Below, piece after piece: positions 30,831 through 40,731 of a stretch of 64,000 bases of DNA. The stretch lies in IMG/VR virus record IMGVR_UViG_3300010167_000010, positions 265,019 through 329,018 of that record; one strand, given 5' to 3'. The position numbers and the translations under genes are program-made. This stretch comes from a virus (Duplodnaviria > Caudoviricetes). Numbering within the stretch: position 1 is the first letter of the stretch; each line of letters begins with the position of its first letter. The notes under the pieces were generated by a model, which ran no database searches, was not told where the DNA came from, and saw only the letters and a program-made list of their open reading frames with translations.

Positions 30831-31573
30831 GAGCTTATATATTAGCTGGTGGAAAAGGTACACGTCTATCATCAATAAATACAGAAGATAAACCAAAATG
30901 TTTAGTAGAAATAGCAGGTAAATCTATTTTAGAATGGCAATTACTACAACTTAAAAAATATGACATTAATGATGTAATAATTATCACGTGTTATAAAGCT
31001 GAATTGATAAATGATTGGATAAAAGAAAAACAAAAAGATAACGAATTAAAAAATCAACTTTGGGGATTAAATATAATAATTGTTACAGAAGAAACACCAA
31101 TGGGAACTGGTGGAATAATTTGTGCACTTAGTCAAGCTTTATTAGATAATGAAGATTTAAATGAACCATTTTTAGTAATTTATGGAGATATAATTTTTAA
31201 TTTTAATTTCAACGATTTTATAAATTATTCGAGAGGAAAAACAGCAGTTGTTGTTACACATCAATCAGATCATCCCCATGATAGTAGTTGTGTAGAAATA
31301 GAAAATAATGAAATTATTAAATGGTGGAAAAAAGGACAAGCACCAAATTATTGTGATACAACAGTAACTGGTATTAGATATTTTGATCCAAAATTATTTG
31401 AAAATTTTGAAAATAGTGTTTTAGATCTAGAAGAAGATATTTTAAAACCATATCTTAATAATGGAAAAATTATAAATACTTATTATACAGACGAATTTAT
31501 TAAAGATATTGGAACTCCAGAAAGATTTATTAAAGTAGAGAAAATAATTCAAGAAGGATTATATGAAAAATAA
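30827..31573 (+). CDS. Sugar-phosphate nucleotidyltransferase (HddC-like)
   Basis: ILAGGKGTRL, PKCL, EETPMGTGG, YGD, HPHDS, KDIGTPER. Confidence 0.88.
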   Translation: MRAYILAGGKGTRLSSINTEDKPKCLVEIAGKSILEWQLLQLKKYDINDVIIITCYKAELINDWIKEKQKDNELKNQLWGLNIIIVTEETPMGTGGIICALSQALLDNEDLNEPFLVIYGDIIFNFNFNDFINYSRGKTAVVVTHQSDHPHDSSCVEIENNEIIKWWKKGQAPNYCDTTVTGIRYFDPKLFENFENSVLDLEEDILKPYLNNGKIINTYYTDEFIKDIGTPERFIKVEKIIQEGLYEK

Positions 31574-32090
31574 AGCTATTTTTTTAGATCGAGATGGTGT
31601 TATAAATGAAGCAATAAAAGAAAATCCCTGTGTTAAATCACCAGAAGAATTTTATTTATTACCATCTGTTATTCAAGCAATTCGTAAAATAAATGAATCT
31701 GATTATTTAGCAATAATTATTACTAATCAACCTGGAATTGCCCAAGGATTATTTATTAAAGAAGATTTAGAAAGAGTTCACGACTACATGATTCATTTGT
31801 TACAATTTGGTGAAGCTAAAATAGATGATATTTTTTATTGTCCGCATCATCCTGAAAAAGGTTGGCCGAATGAAGTTAAAGAATTAAAAATTCAATGTGA
31901 ATGTAGAAAACCATTACCGGGATTATTAAAATATGCATCAATGAAGCATGGTATAGATTTATCTCAAAGTTTTTTTATTGGTGATAGAATTCAAGATACA
32001 TTAGCAGGTCAGGCAGCTGGTTGTAAAACTATTCAGATAGAAACAAATGGTAGTTTATTAGAAGCAATCAATTTTATATTAGGAGAATAA
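31563..32090 (+). CDS. gmhB: D,D-heptose 1,7-bisphosphate phosphatase (HAD IIIA)
   Basis: FLDRDGVIN, ITNQPGIA, YCPHHP...CECRKP.PG, IGDR..D. Confidence 0.88.
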   Translation: MKNKAIFLDRDGVINEAIKENPCVKSPEEFYLLPSVIQAIRKINESDYLAIIITNQPGIAQGLFIKEDLERVHDYMIHLLQFGEAKIDDIFYCPHHPEKGWPNEVKELKIQCECRKPLPGLLKYASMKHGIDLSQSFFIGDRIQDTLAGQAAGCKTIQIETNGSLLEAINFILGE

Positions 32091-32093
32091 AAA

Positions 32094-32471
32094 ATGAAAA
32101 CAAGAAACGGTTTCGTTAGTAATAGTTCAAGCAGCTCATTTGTAATTGTCGGACATTATTTTGATGAAGAAAATTTAATGGAATTAAAAAATAAGTTAGG
32201 TTTTATCACAGATGAAGATGATGAAAATTACGATTATGATGAATTAGAAGAAAAAATGTATAGTATTTTAGATGAAAATGGTTTCACTTATCATTTTGAT
32301 GATAATGGTTTATATGTTGGATTAGAATTTTTAGAAATTGAAGATGATGAAACTAGAAAACAATTTTATGAAAGAGTAAAAACAAAAATAAAAAATGCTT
32401 TTGAAGTAGACGTTGAACCAGAATTAGTCAATGCAGTAATTGGTATGGGTGGTGAATTGGAGTGGGGTTAA
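32094..32471 (+). CDS. Second MKxRNGFVSNSSSSSF family protein
   Basis: Shared N-terminal motif; acidic body. Confidence 0.7.
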   Translation: MKTRNGFVSNSSSSSFVIVGHYFDEENLMELKNKLGFITDEDDENYDYDELEEKMYSILDENGFTYHFDDNGLYVGLEFLEIEDDETRKQFYERVKTKIKNAFEVDVEPELVNAVIGMGGELEWG

Positions 32472-32480
32472 TCTATATTT

Positions 32481-33074
32481 ATGGATGAAAAAACATTTCA
32501 AGAACAAAATACAACAATACAAAGAAAAACAATTTGCGTAAATCTAATCGGCGCGCCTGGTTCGGGAAAATCGACAGGTGCAGCTTATATTTTTGCAAAA
32601 CTTAAAATGCAAGGTATAAATTGTGAACTAGTAGTTGAATATGCGAAGGACAGAGTTTGGCAAAACGATTTGGAAGTATTTCGTAATCAATTTTATGTAA
32701 CAGCAAAACAATCACAACGAATGGCTAGATTACAAAACAAAGTTGATATTATAGTTACAGATAGCCCACTTTTAATGGCGGCTTATTACGCAAAAGATAA
32801 ACCATATTACAAGCCTTATGTAGAAGTATTACAACATCTTCATAATGAGTATCTTAACATAAATTGTTTAATAAAGAGAGTTAAACCATATAATCCAAAA
32901 GGTAGATTTCAAGATGAAGCGGGAAGTGATGCAATGCAATCTGAATTTATAGAAATGTACGCAAAAGAATTTGGAGTAACTCTCGATGATTTTAAAGGTA
33001 ATGAAAAAGGTTATAATGAAATTATTAAAGGTGTTTTAGAATGTCATCAAAAAGAATTTATAAATTTTAATTAG
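32481..33074 (+). CDS. P-loop kinase (NadR/AAA_28-like)
   Basis: GAPGSGKST, EYAKD, IVTDSPLL, YNPKGRFQ. Confidence 0.8.
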   Translation: MDEKTFQEQNTTIQRKTICVNLIGAPGSGKSTGAAYIFAKLKMQGINCELVVEYAKDRVWQNDLEVFRNQFYVTAKQSQRMARLQNKVDIIVTDSPLLMAAYYAKDKPYYKPYVEVLQHLHNEYLNINCLIKRVKPYNPKGRFQDEAGSDAMQSEFIEMYAKEFGVTLDDFKGNEKGYNEIIKGVLECHQKEFINFN

Positions 33075-33083
33075 GAGAAAAAT

Positions 33084-33290
33084 ATGAAGAAAAGAGATCC
33101 AGAAATAACAGAAGCTTTAGGTTTAAAGAAAGAATATGATATGTTTATTAAAAATGCATCAAGACCAGGGGCTCCAAAAATAGAATCTGATTATTATCAT
33201 TCTATGGCACAAAGAACAGCAAGTGGAATAAATTGGAAACATTTAGAAAAGAAAAAGAAGAAAGAAGAAAGAGATAATTACGATAGTTAA
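33084..33290 (+). CDS. Small basic hypothetical protein
   Basis: AGGAG SD. Confidence 0.5.
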   Translation: MKKRDPEITEALGLKKEYDMFIKNASRPGAPKIESDYYHSMAQRTASGINWKHLEKKKKKEERDNYDS

Positions 33291-33294
33291 TTTA
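33286..33294 (+). promoter_or_regulatory. Class II motif GTTAATWTA (example)
   Basis: Begins 14-15 nt before ATG at 21629, 28158, 32467, 33286, 43120, 47596; also at 37389, 44712, 55864, 58731. Confidence 0.6.
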
Positions 33295-33299
33295 ATTTT

Positions 33300-34037
33300 A
33301 TGTTAAAAAAATGGACCCAATGTCGACAATGTAAATCTAAACAGTCACCAACTATTCCAGCTGGGTATTTTAAAACAGAAGAAATAAAAAATGGAATACA
33401 TTATATTGTAACAAAAGAATGTTTATGCCACAAAAATTGGAGACTTGAAGAAGAAAAATATCAAAAATTTATAAGTTCAGGTTTCGATAAAGATAAATAT
33501 AATTTAAACTTTGAAGATTATAAGGGAACCCAATCAATAGGAAATATAACTCGATTAAAAAATTATATAGAATTATTTCCAAAAGATGATAAAGTAAGAA
33601 AAACTATTTTATATTTTTGGGGTTTAACTGATACTCAAAAAACTACTGTAGCTACTATTATAGCTAATAAATTACTTTCTCATTTTGATATTAGATATAA
33701 AATATGTGATGATTTATTTAAAATAATAATAGATAATCAATATTACCCAGAAAATGAAGAATATGAAATTAAAGTTCAACAATGTATAAACTGTGATTTA
33801 CTTATTATTGATGATGTATTTAACGAAATATATACTGATAAACAACTTCCATTTTTAGAAAAGTTTATTCAAAAAAGAATAGATAATAAAAAAGGAATTA
33901 TATTTATTTCTAACGTTCATTTAGCAGATATAAAAAATATGTCTATTAAAAACTTAATTAAAAAATATACTGATAAAAATAAAACAGAATTTAATTTTTT
34001 CGATATTTATAATGATATTCCAGAGGTATTATTTTAA
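33300..34037 (+). CDS. DnaC/IstB-like helicase loader with degenerate Walker A
   Basis: N-terminal CxxC...CxC, GLTDTQKTT, DLLIIDD, IIFISN; adjacent to helicase. Confidence 0.7.
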   Translation: MLKKWTQCRQCKSKQSPTIPAGYFKTEEIKNGIHYIVTKECLCHKNWRLEEEKYQKFISSGFDKDKYNLNFEDYKGTQSIGNITRLKNYIELFPKDDKVRKTILYFWGLTDTQKTTVATIIANKLLSHFDIRYKICDDLFKIIIDNQYYPENEEYEIKVQQCINCDLLIIDDVFNEIYTDKQLPFLEKFIQKRIDNKKGIIFISNVHLADIKNMSIKNLIKKYTDKNKTEFNFFDIYNDIPEVLF

Positions 34038-35431
34038 TGGCTAAATCAGATATAGATCAATTTACTGAAAAAAGATTATTACAAACTTTATATTTTCAAC
34101 CAGAATTTTTAGAAGATCAACTTGTAAATGAGGATATATTTTCATCTTCATCAACTAGAAATATTTATAAATCTTTACTATTTTTAAAAAATTCAGCAAT
34201 ACCATTTACTCGTGATGCATTATTACAAGAATATGGAAAATTAGATTTAGATGCAAATCCTGCTGTTATAGACTTAATAACTCAAAAACAAAATCAATCT
34301 TTAACTACAATAAAAGATATTATAACACAATTACAAGATGCTAAAAAGAGAAGAAGGGCCGCCGCAAATTTAAAAGCAGCAATTAAAAAAATAGATGAAG
34401 TTACTCATTTAAATGAAGTTAACGTTGTAGATATAAAAGATTTAATTGGTGATGCTGAAAGTTCTTTAATCTTAGAAGATTATTCTACAAAAAAGGTAAT
34501 GGGAATTCCTGAGTGGATGGATAATTATAATAAAGATTTAAATGCTAGAAAAAAGGGAAAACAATATTATTTTTATAATTTTATATTTGATGAATTAATT
34601 TTGAGTGGACCACAACCTGGCGAAATTGGGATTATAGCGTCAGCATCTGGTTCAGGTAAAAGTACATTATGTCTTAACTTAGTTAATTCTTTAATTGATG
34701 TAAATATTCCTTGTATGTATTTTTCTCTAGAAATGTCGTCAACAACTACTATGGATAGATTATTATCTAAAAGATTAGAAATAAAATATAGTGATATAGT
34801 TGCTCCACAAGATCAGGGTCAATTTGAAGATTTATGTAGTTTAATAGAATCTGAAAGATTAAATTTAATTCAAAATACTAAATTTCGTTTTTCAGAAGAT
34901 CCTTCAATGTCTTTAAGTGATTTAAGAAAATATATAAAGAAATTTCAAGCTGAAATTGGTCAAAATTATTGTATAATAGTTTTAGATTTATTATCAATGA
35001 TTACTGATTTTACTAGAATGAAAAACGGAATGAATTTTGCACAAGTTATTGAAGTTGCTGTTAATCAACTATCTGCGTTATCTAAAGAATTAAATATTCA
35101 TATAGTTGGTGTATTACAATTAAATAGATCTTCAGAAGCAGATAAAAAATGTCATGACTTAAAAGATTTACAACAATTTAGACCAAATCGTTCACAAATA
35201 AAAAATGCACATGGTTGGGTTGAAAGATGTAGATATGCAATTACAACTTTTAGAGAAAAAATGTATGCTGAATTATATTTACAACCTGAACAATATGAAA
35301 ATATGATAGATATAATCGAGTGTCAAGTTGTAAAAGGAAATAATTTTAAATTAGGTAAAACAGTTAAAGGAATATTTAATGGAGAATATTTCACAATCGA
35401 GCCACTTCCTTCTGAAACTACTTTTAATTAA
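34037..35431 (+). CDS. dnaB: DnaB-like replicative helicase
   Basis: ASASGSGKS, YFSLEM, IVLDLL, LSKELNIHIVGVLQLNR. Confidence 0.88.
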   Translation: MAKSDIDQFTEKRLLQTLYFQPEFLEDQLVNEDIFSSSSTRNIYKSLLFLKNSAIPFTRDALLQEYGKLDLDANPAVIDLITQKQNQSLTTIKDIITQLQDAKKRRRAAANLKAAIKKIDEVTHLNEVNVVDIKDLIGDAESSLILEDYSTKKVMGIPEWMDNYNKDLNARKKGKQYYFYNFIFDELILSGPQPGEIGIIASASGSGKSTLCLNLVNSLIDVNIPCMYFSLEMSSTTTMDRLLSKRLEIKYSDIVAPQDQGQFEDLCSLIESERLNLIQNTKFRFSEDPSMSLSDLRKYIKKFQAEIGQNYCIIVLDLLSMITDFTRMKNGMNFAQVIEVAVNQLSALSKELNIHIVGVLQLNRSSEADKKCHDLKDLQQFRPNRSQIKNAHGWVERCRYAITTFREKMYAELYLQPEQYENMIDIIECQVVKGNNFKLGKTVKGIFNGEYFTIEPLPSETTFN

Positions 35432-36069
35432 ATATATTTAAAATGATATCCTTTCATACATATTCCTAACCGCGCCGCTTTATTTACACAAGTTATATTC
35501 ATTTTAAGGCCAGCTTCTTTTGCTGAATTAAATATTTCTTTAGTTTCAATGCATATTATTTTTTTAGAATTATCATAATTAAATTTATATTTTCTTCCTA
35601 AATAAAAATTATCAGGAATATTTTCATTTTTATGAATTCTTTTATTTTCTTTTCCATTAGTTATCCATATATAATTTTGATTTGAAAATTTATTTTGTCC
35701 TTTATTTCCACCTGATATATAGCCTTCAGGTTGTTTTTCTTGAAATTTTAAACTTATTCCATTAGTCCACCATTTTTTATTTCCCATTTTTTCTCTCATT
35801 TTTATTTTCCATTCTTCTGAATGTTTTTGTATTTTTCCTAATTTATTATGCAAAGCAGTATGCTCATCTGAATACATTGGTATAACTTTCCAATTTTCAT
35901 ATGGGCTATTAAAATCATAATGATGATATACTATTCGTATATTAGGCCTTTTTAATTTCATTTCTTTAACAATAAATTTAAAAATTAAAACCATTATTTT
36001 ATAATTTTTAAATCCTTTTATCTTAATTGGATCATTATTTGGTGTATTTAACCATTCTTTTCGAGTCAT
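35428..36069 (-). mobile_element. HNH homing endonuclease with NUMOD motifs
   Basis: VYHHYD...EHTALH, HSEEWKIKM, WWTNG/WITNG repeats, CIETKEIFNSAKEA. Confidence 0.75.
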
Positions 36070-36098
36070 ATTATTTAGTTATTATTTTACTATAGAGT

Positions 36099-36701
36099 CT
36101 AATCCTCTTTTTTAATTATTTGATCTATAATTAAACTATTAATAAAAAAGTATTCAGACGCTTCTTCTAAAGTTTTAAATTTTCCAGAACGATAATTTTT
36201 TAAGAAAATAACTAAACTACCGCCATTAAATTTATATCTAAAACTTTCTCCAATTTCATCATTAAGAAATGAACTTTCTTCTAATAATAAAATTGCAATT
36301 TGTTTCCAAGCTAATATTTTATCTATTCGATACATACGAGTACCAATAACACGCATTTCATATTTAGATAAATTATTTATATCATGTCCTTTTTCTACTT
36401 TTAATGCTAATTCACTTGAAGTTAATTCATGTTTTTCTAAAATTTCTTCTATTATCCTAGGATAATGCTTTTCTACTAAAAGAGATTTAATATCAGCTAT
36501 AAAATCTTTTGGATCTTGCTCATATTTAAATGGAAAAAAATATTTACTATTTGAATTGACATGAGTAATTAAAACACCTTCTTCTCCATTTTGTATTTTA
36601 ATTATCATTGAAAGTAATACGGGTGATTTTTTACAAAAATTTGTAAATTTTGAACTGAACTTATCTTTCCACCATTTGGCAGAAAATTTGTTATCTAACA
36701 T
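36099..36701 (-). CDS. Hypothetical protein
   Basis: AAGGAG SD, 200 aa. Confidence 0.55.
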   Translation of the reverse strand: MLDNKFSAKWWKDKFSSKFTNFCKKSPVLLSMIIKIQNGEEGVLITHVNSNSKYFFPFKYEQDPKDFIADIKSLLVEKHYPRIIEEILEKHELTSSELALKVEKGHDINNLSKYEMRVIGTRMYRIDKILAWKQIAILLLEESSFLNDEIGESFRYKFNGGSLVIFLKNYRSGKFKTLEEASEYFFINSLIIDQIIKKED

Positions 36702-36802
36702 ATTATTATTTCTCCTTATATATAAGTTGTTCTTAGTAATTAGTTTTGAATTTATTTTTTTAAGTTCTTATATAAATTTAATAAATAATTAAGGGTGGTT
36801 TT

Positions 36803-37024
36803 ATGAATAAAAAGCAAAAATACAATATTCACGATATTGTAAAAATTTCTAATTCTCTAGATTTAGAACATACAGATAGAAGATGTAAAGAATGGACAAT
36901 TAGATCGGTAGAATTTTTAAATTATACTGATCCATCTTCTAGACGGTTTATCTATGGTATGGCTAATAAAGCCGGTGATATCTTAGATTATGTTAAAGAA
37001 GATGAAATAATTGGTGTTATTTGA
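36803..37024 (+). CDS. Small SH3-like hypothetical protein
   Basis: KYNIHDIVK...YG...VKEDEI; class I promoter. Confidence 0.5.
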   Translation: MNKKQKYNIHDIVKISNSLDLEHTDRRCKEWTIRSVEFLNYTDPSSRRFIYGMANKAGDILDYVKEDEIIGVI

Positions 37025-37073
37025 ACAATCTTTCTTATAATCTTATATTATATATGTAAGGGAGATTACAGAT

Positions 37074-37349
37074 ATGACAAAGATTTTAATCACTATTCAA
37101 AAACCAGACTTGACTAAGGGGATTTCTAATACTCCTCATTATCAAGCAATTCGGACTCTGCCATTTGGAATCGAGAGTGGGGCTTATCCAGTAGGCGATG
37201 ATTTCGTCGTAGAGATTAAGGGCCGTAGATCAGAACAGGCCTTTCAAGCTGCAACTTCTTTCATGGAAAATTATCCTGGTGAGATTTTTAGTGCCTTTCA
37301 ACACTCTGGAAAACGAGTAACAGATCTTATGCCGGCTGTGGCTGGCTAA
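37074..37349 (+). CDS. Hypothetical early protein
   Basis: Class I promoter, AAGGGAG SD, terminator. Confidence 0.6.
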   Translation: MTKILITIQKPDLTKGISNTPHYQAIRTLPFGIESGAYPVGDDFVVEIKGRRSEQAFQAATSFMENYPGEIFSAFQHSGKRVTDLMPAVAG

Positions 37350-37354
37350 ATAAT

Positions 37355-37378
37355 AGCCCCGGATAATCCGGGGCTTTT
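37355..37378 (+). terminator. Intrinsic terminator
   Basis: AGCCCCGGA-TAA-TCCGGGGCT followed by TTT. Confidence 0.75.
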
Positions 37379-37426
37379 GTTGTATATAGTTAATATACAA
37401 ATATAATTATCATTAAGGAAGATAAA

Positions 37427-37810
37427 ATGGCGAAAGCAAAAAAAGAAAAGAAACCTTCATATGTTTATACTATTTCGGACATTGAAGCAAAATATAAAAT
37501 TTTTATGAATCCGGATTTAGAAAAAAGAACTGCATTAAAAGAACGTGTCATGTTAAATGGTGGATATTGTCCATCTAGAAATGAAAAAACATCTGATAAT
37601 AGATGTATGTGTAAACAATTTCAAAATAGAGATAGTGAGGGTTGGTGTAAGTGTCGGCTTTATTTTAAAGAAGCAAGAACAAAAAAGCAGGCAGCTGCAT
37701 TTCAAAATTCTACCTTTGAAGCTAATGAAAAGAAAGAAAAAGAATTAGAAAAACAATTAGCAAAAGAAGAAAAACTAAAGCAGAAGGAATTAGAAGCATT
37801 AAATGAGTGA
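37427..37810 (+). CDS. Ferredoxin-thioredoxin reductase catalytic-subunit-like protein
   Basis: NPD...GGYCPSR...CMC..F.....GWCKCRLY. Confidence 0.65.
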   Translation: MAKAKKEKKPSYVYTISDIEAKYKIFMNPDLEKRTALKERVMLNGGYCPSRNEKTSDNRCMCKQFQNRDSEGWCKCRLYFKEARTKKQAAAFQNSTFEANEKKEKELEKQLAKEEKLKQKELEALNE

Positions 37811-38468
37811 ACAACGAGTAAAACGTAGACCAGTTACGTCAGCATCAGCTGACGTAATTGATAATTTAAAAGATATAGAAAAAAGTCAAATAAATGGTAT
37901 TGTGGTAGAAGTTGGTCAATATCCTGAAGTCCCAGAGGAATTATTTAATCAAGAAAAACCATATAAAGAAGCTGAAGAAAATTTAGTAATATTTGTAGAA
38001 AAACAAATAGAACTTATGAAAGAAAATCTTCTTTTTGGCGGGATGGCTGAGCCATCATTTTATGCTTTAAATCAATCTTTAATGAATTATGAGTCGGTGC
38101 TATTAGGGCTTATCGCTTTACATCAAGAAATGAGAATACAAAAAGATATTGCAAACGAAAAATACGAAAATTTTTATGCTGAAAAATATTGTGAAATAAA
38201 AATGCAACAAGTTAGTTTGGGTAAAAGTGCAAACTTTACAGCAGCAAGAGAAATTGAAATGTTTGTTAGAAAAAATTGGTTAAAAGAATTATCTCAATTA
38301 AAAGCTGAATATATAAAAATAGAAAATAAATACAATTTTATAAATCATTTAATGTCTGGTTGGGAAAAATATGCTTTCGTATTAAATACATTATCAAAAA
38401 ATGCCCAGGCAGAAGCTGCTGCATCTGGGATAAGTAAAAAAGAATTTGGTGATGAAAGTATAAATTAA
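37803..38468 (+). CDS. Helical protein, UvsY-like recombination mediator candidate
   Basis: Long amphipathic helices, ...YENFYAEKY...AAREIEMFV... pattern. Confidence 0.4.
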   Translation: MSEQRVKRRPVTSASADVIDNLKDIEKSQINGIVVEVGQYPEVPEELFNQEKPYKEAEENLVIFVEKQIELMKENLLFGGMAEPSFYALNQSLMNYESVLLGLIALHQEMRIQKDIANEKYENFYAEKYCEIKMQQVSLGKSANFTAAREIEMFVRKNWLKELSQLKAEYIKIENKYNFINHLMSGWEKYAFVLNTLSKNAQAEAAASGISKKEFGDESIN

Positions 38469-38480
38469 ATAGGAGAAATT

Positions 38481-38855
38481 ATGTTCGGAAAGAAAAAGAA
38501 CGATTTAGTCGGAGATTGGGGAAAACAAGTTCAAAAAATATTAGAACAGTCTGTTGCCATTACATCAGCAAATATTTTAGGGATAGAAGACCTAGAAGAT
38601 ACTGGTAGATCTAAATTAGTATCTGAAATACAAAATCTTGTAAAAGAAACAGCTGAACTAATTCAAGAAAATTGTGAACATCAATTTGAAAAGTCTTTAG
38701 TAAATAAATTAGATAGATCACCATTTGGCTCTTATTCATATACTAAATCTACCAGTATTCCAAAAGAAAGCTTATTTGAAATTATTGATGAAAGATTAAG
38801 AGAACATAATTTAATTAAAACTCCTACTGGAACACCTCTTAAAAAAGAGAAATAG
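38481..38855 (+). CDS. Hypothetical protein
   Basis: AGGAG SD. Confidence 0.5.
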   Translation: MFGKKKNDLVGDWGKQVQKILEQSVAITSANILGIEDLEDTGRSKLVSEIQNLVKETAELIQENCEHQFEKSLVNKLDRSPFGSYSYTKSTSIPKESLFEIIDERLREHNLIKTPTGTPLKKEK

Positions 38856-38858
38856 ATA

Positions 38859-39311
38859 ATGAACATTATTCAACAACAATATAACGAACTTATAGTAAAA
38901 GCTTTAAGTGAAAATAGAAGTTATATTAAAGGAGTATACGAAGGCCATCATATTTTTCCAAAAGAAATATATAGAAAATGGAAAAATAAAGAATGGAATA
39001 GAGTTCATTTAACTCCTGAAGAACATAATAAAGCACACGATTTATTAAATATAATTTTTAAAGAACAACTAGAAGAATTTTATAAATTAAATGCAAAAAG
39101 ACTTTTAAAAGAGCACCAAAGACATGAAAGAGGAAGACAAAATAATATTATTAAAAAAATATTAGGTAAACAAATACATGAACAAAATATGGCTAGACAT
39201 CGTGAAAAAATAAAAATAAGAGAAGAACAACTAATATTAGAACAAGAATTAAATCGAAATATTGCATATAAATCACCTTGGGGCCCAGTAAAACAATGGG
39301 AAATATTTTAA
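38859..39311 (+). mobile_element. HNH endonuclease
   Basis: YEGHHIFPK...NRVHLTPEEHNKAHDLL. Confidence 0.75.
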
Positions 39312-39832
39312 TGTCGAAAACATATTTTATTTCAGATTTACATTTAAATCATAAAAATATAATTAAATATTGTAATCGTCCATTTAATGATGTTGAAGAA
39401 ATGAATAATAAAATTATCAATAATTGGAACTCTATAATTCAACCAGATGATATAGTTTATCATCTTGGAGATTTTTGTTTAGGTGATAGAGAAGTAATTA
39501 AAAAATTTACTGCTAGATTATCTGGACGAAAGATGGCTGTACTCGGAAATCATGACAAATATCGTCCAACTGAATATATGGAATTAAACTTTGAATGGTG
39601 TAGCCGTTTTCCAATTATATTTAATGGGTTTATGATTTTGTCTCATGAACCAGTATTTTTAGAAATAAACTCTCCGTATGTAAATTTGCACGGTCATACT
39701 CATCAAAATAATTATATTAGTCCTGGTGGTAATCATTTAAACGTTTGTGTTGAACAAATAGACTATAAACCAATCTCATTAGATGATGTAAGTAATATAT
39801 TTTATGAACGTGGGATAAAGAGTGAAAGATGA
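39311..39832 (+). CDS. Calcineurin-like metallophosphoesterase (start at TAATG, 39311)
   Basis: SDLHLNH, HLGDF, GNHD, SHEP, HGHTH. Confidence 0.88.
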   Translation: MSKTYFISDLHLNHKNIIKYCNRPFNDVEEMNNKIINNWNSIIQPDDIVYHLGDFCLGDREVIKKFTARLSGRKMAVLGNHDKYRPTEYMELNFEWCSRFPIIFNGFMILSHEPVFLEINSPYVNLHGHTHQNNYISPGGNHLNVCVEQIDYKPISLDDVSNIFYERGIKSER

Positions 39833-40260
39833 ATGTTGTAGAAAAAATTCTTGAATTATTTGATGATTTAGATGCTGAAGAATCAACAGAATTAATGATT
39901 CGCCTAAGAAATAGAGGTTATGAATTAAAAATAAATAAAGATTTTTCTTTTAAAGATGTAAAAAAAATAAGTAATGAAAAAACAGCAAATCTTATTTTAA
40001 AAGGTTTTAATGAAGATTTTAATATAAGAGCTATTAAACTTATTAGAAATTTAAATCAAGAATATTCTGATGTATTAGTAGATTTTAATATAATATCAGG
40101 ATTAAGAGAAGCTAAAGATTATTGTGAAAATAAAAATTTATGGGAATCTAAACCATTAGCTTTTGGAAAATATAATCAAATAGAATTTTTATATAATATG
40201 TTAAAAAGAGATTATCCGGATATTTATTTTAAAGTAGAAAAAAATGAAATTTTATCATAG
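39829..40260 (+). CDS. Protein with ribosomal L7/L12 C-terminal-like motif
   Basis: IRAIKLIRNL ... SGLREAKDYCE. Confidence 0.5.
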   Translation: MNVVEKILELFDDLDAEESTELMIRLRNRGYELKINKDFSFKDVKKISNEKTANLILKGFNEDFNIRAIKLIRNLNQEYSDVLVDFNIISGLREAKDYCENKNLWESKPLAFGKYNQIEFLYNMLKRDYPDIYFKVEKNEILS

Positions 40261-40564
40261 AACAAAAGAGGAGAGATGGGATGCAATTAGAAAAGATGGG
40301 TGCCTTTGGGGTGTACACGGTAATTTATGGGAACAAGACAATGAAAGAAAATATAGTGGAGATTCTTATAGATACACTTATCTGGCTCCTTCCGATCCCG
40401 GTATTTCTTATGGCGATGTTCTTCTTGAAGTTGACTATATACCATTAAGAAAAGATTTTGGAATAAAACATAATTATGGTTTTGACCCACCACCTGGACA
40501 AATCTGTTGGCAATTTTCTGTATTTGAACCAATTCCATTAGATAAAATTAAGAGGTTAATTTAA
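40244..40564 (+). CDS. Small ADP-ribosyltransferase-fold protein (Tpt1/KptA or DUF952-like)
   Basis: FYHRT...I.KDG.L...YTYLA...YGDVLLEV...V.EPIP..KI. Confidence 0.55.
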   Translation: MKFYHRTKEERWDAIRKDGCLWGVHGNLWEQDNERKYSGDSYRYTYLAPSDPGISYGDVLLEVDYIPLRKDFGIKHNYGFDPPPGQICWQFSVFEPIPLDKIKRLI

Positions 40565-40574
40565 CTAAATAATA

Positions 40575-40616
40575 ACAAGTAAAGGATTACTTGTCTACAG
40601 AATATACAAGGAGGTA
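40575..40616 (+). promoter_or_regulatory. CsrA-type translational operator
   Basis: Perfect stem ACAAGTAA/TTACTTGT with AGGA loop (40575-40594) and a second ACAAGGAGGT site over the SD. Confidence 0.7.
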
Positions 40617-40619
40617 TAT

Positions 40620-40709
40620 ATGAGAATAAATAGCGTTCCGGCGTTATTTGCCCAACGTCAACTCGGGATAAATGAACTCGAGTTATCAAAACAAATGCAA
40701 CAGGATTAG
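40620..40709 (+). pseudogene. Flagellin N-terminal remnant, 29 aa (MRINSVPALFAQRQLGINELELSKQMQQD)
   Basis: Aligns with the FlaB N-terminus at 41474 (ALFAQR.LGIN..E.SKQ); ends before the HNH gene. Confidence 0.75.
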
Positions 40710-40731
40710 CACTTTCCCATAACTAATTATT

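Noticed and set aside
40540-40575. Sigma-28 promoter for flaB
   Set aside because: No TAAA-N15-GCCGATAA match; class II and III phage motifs are present instead
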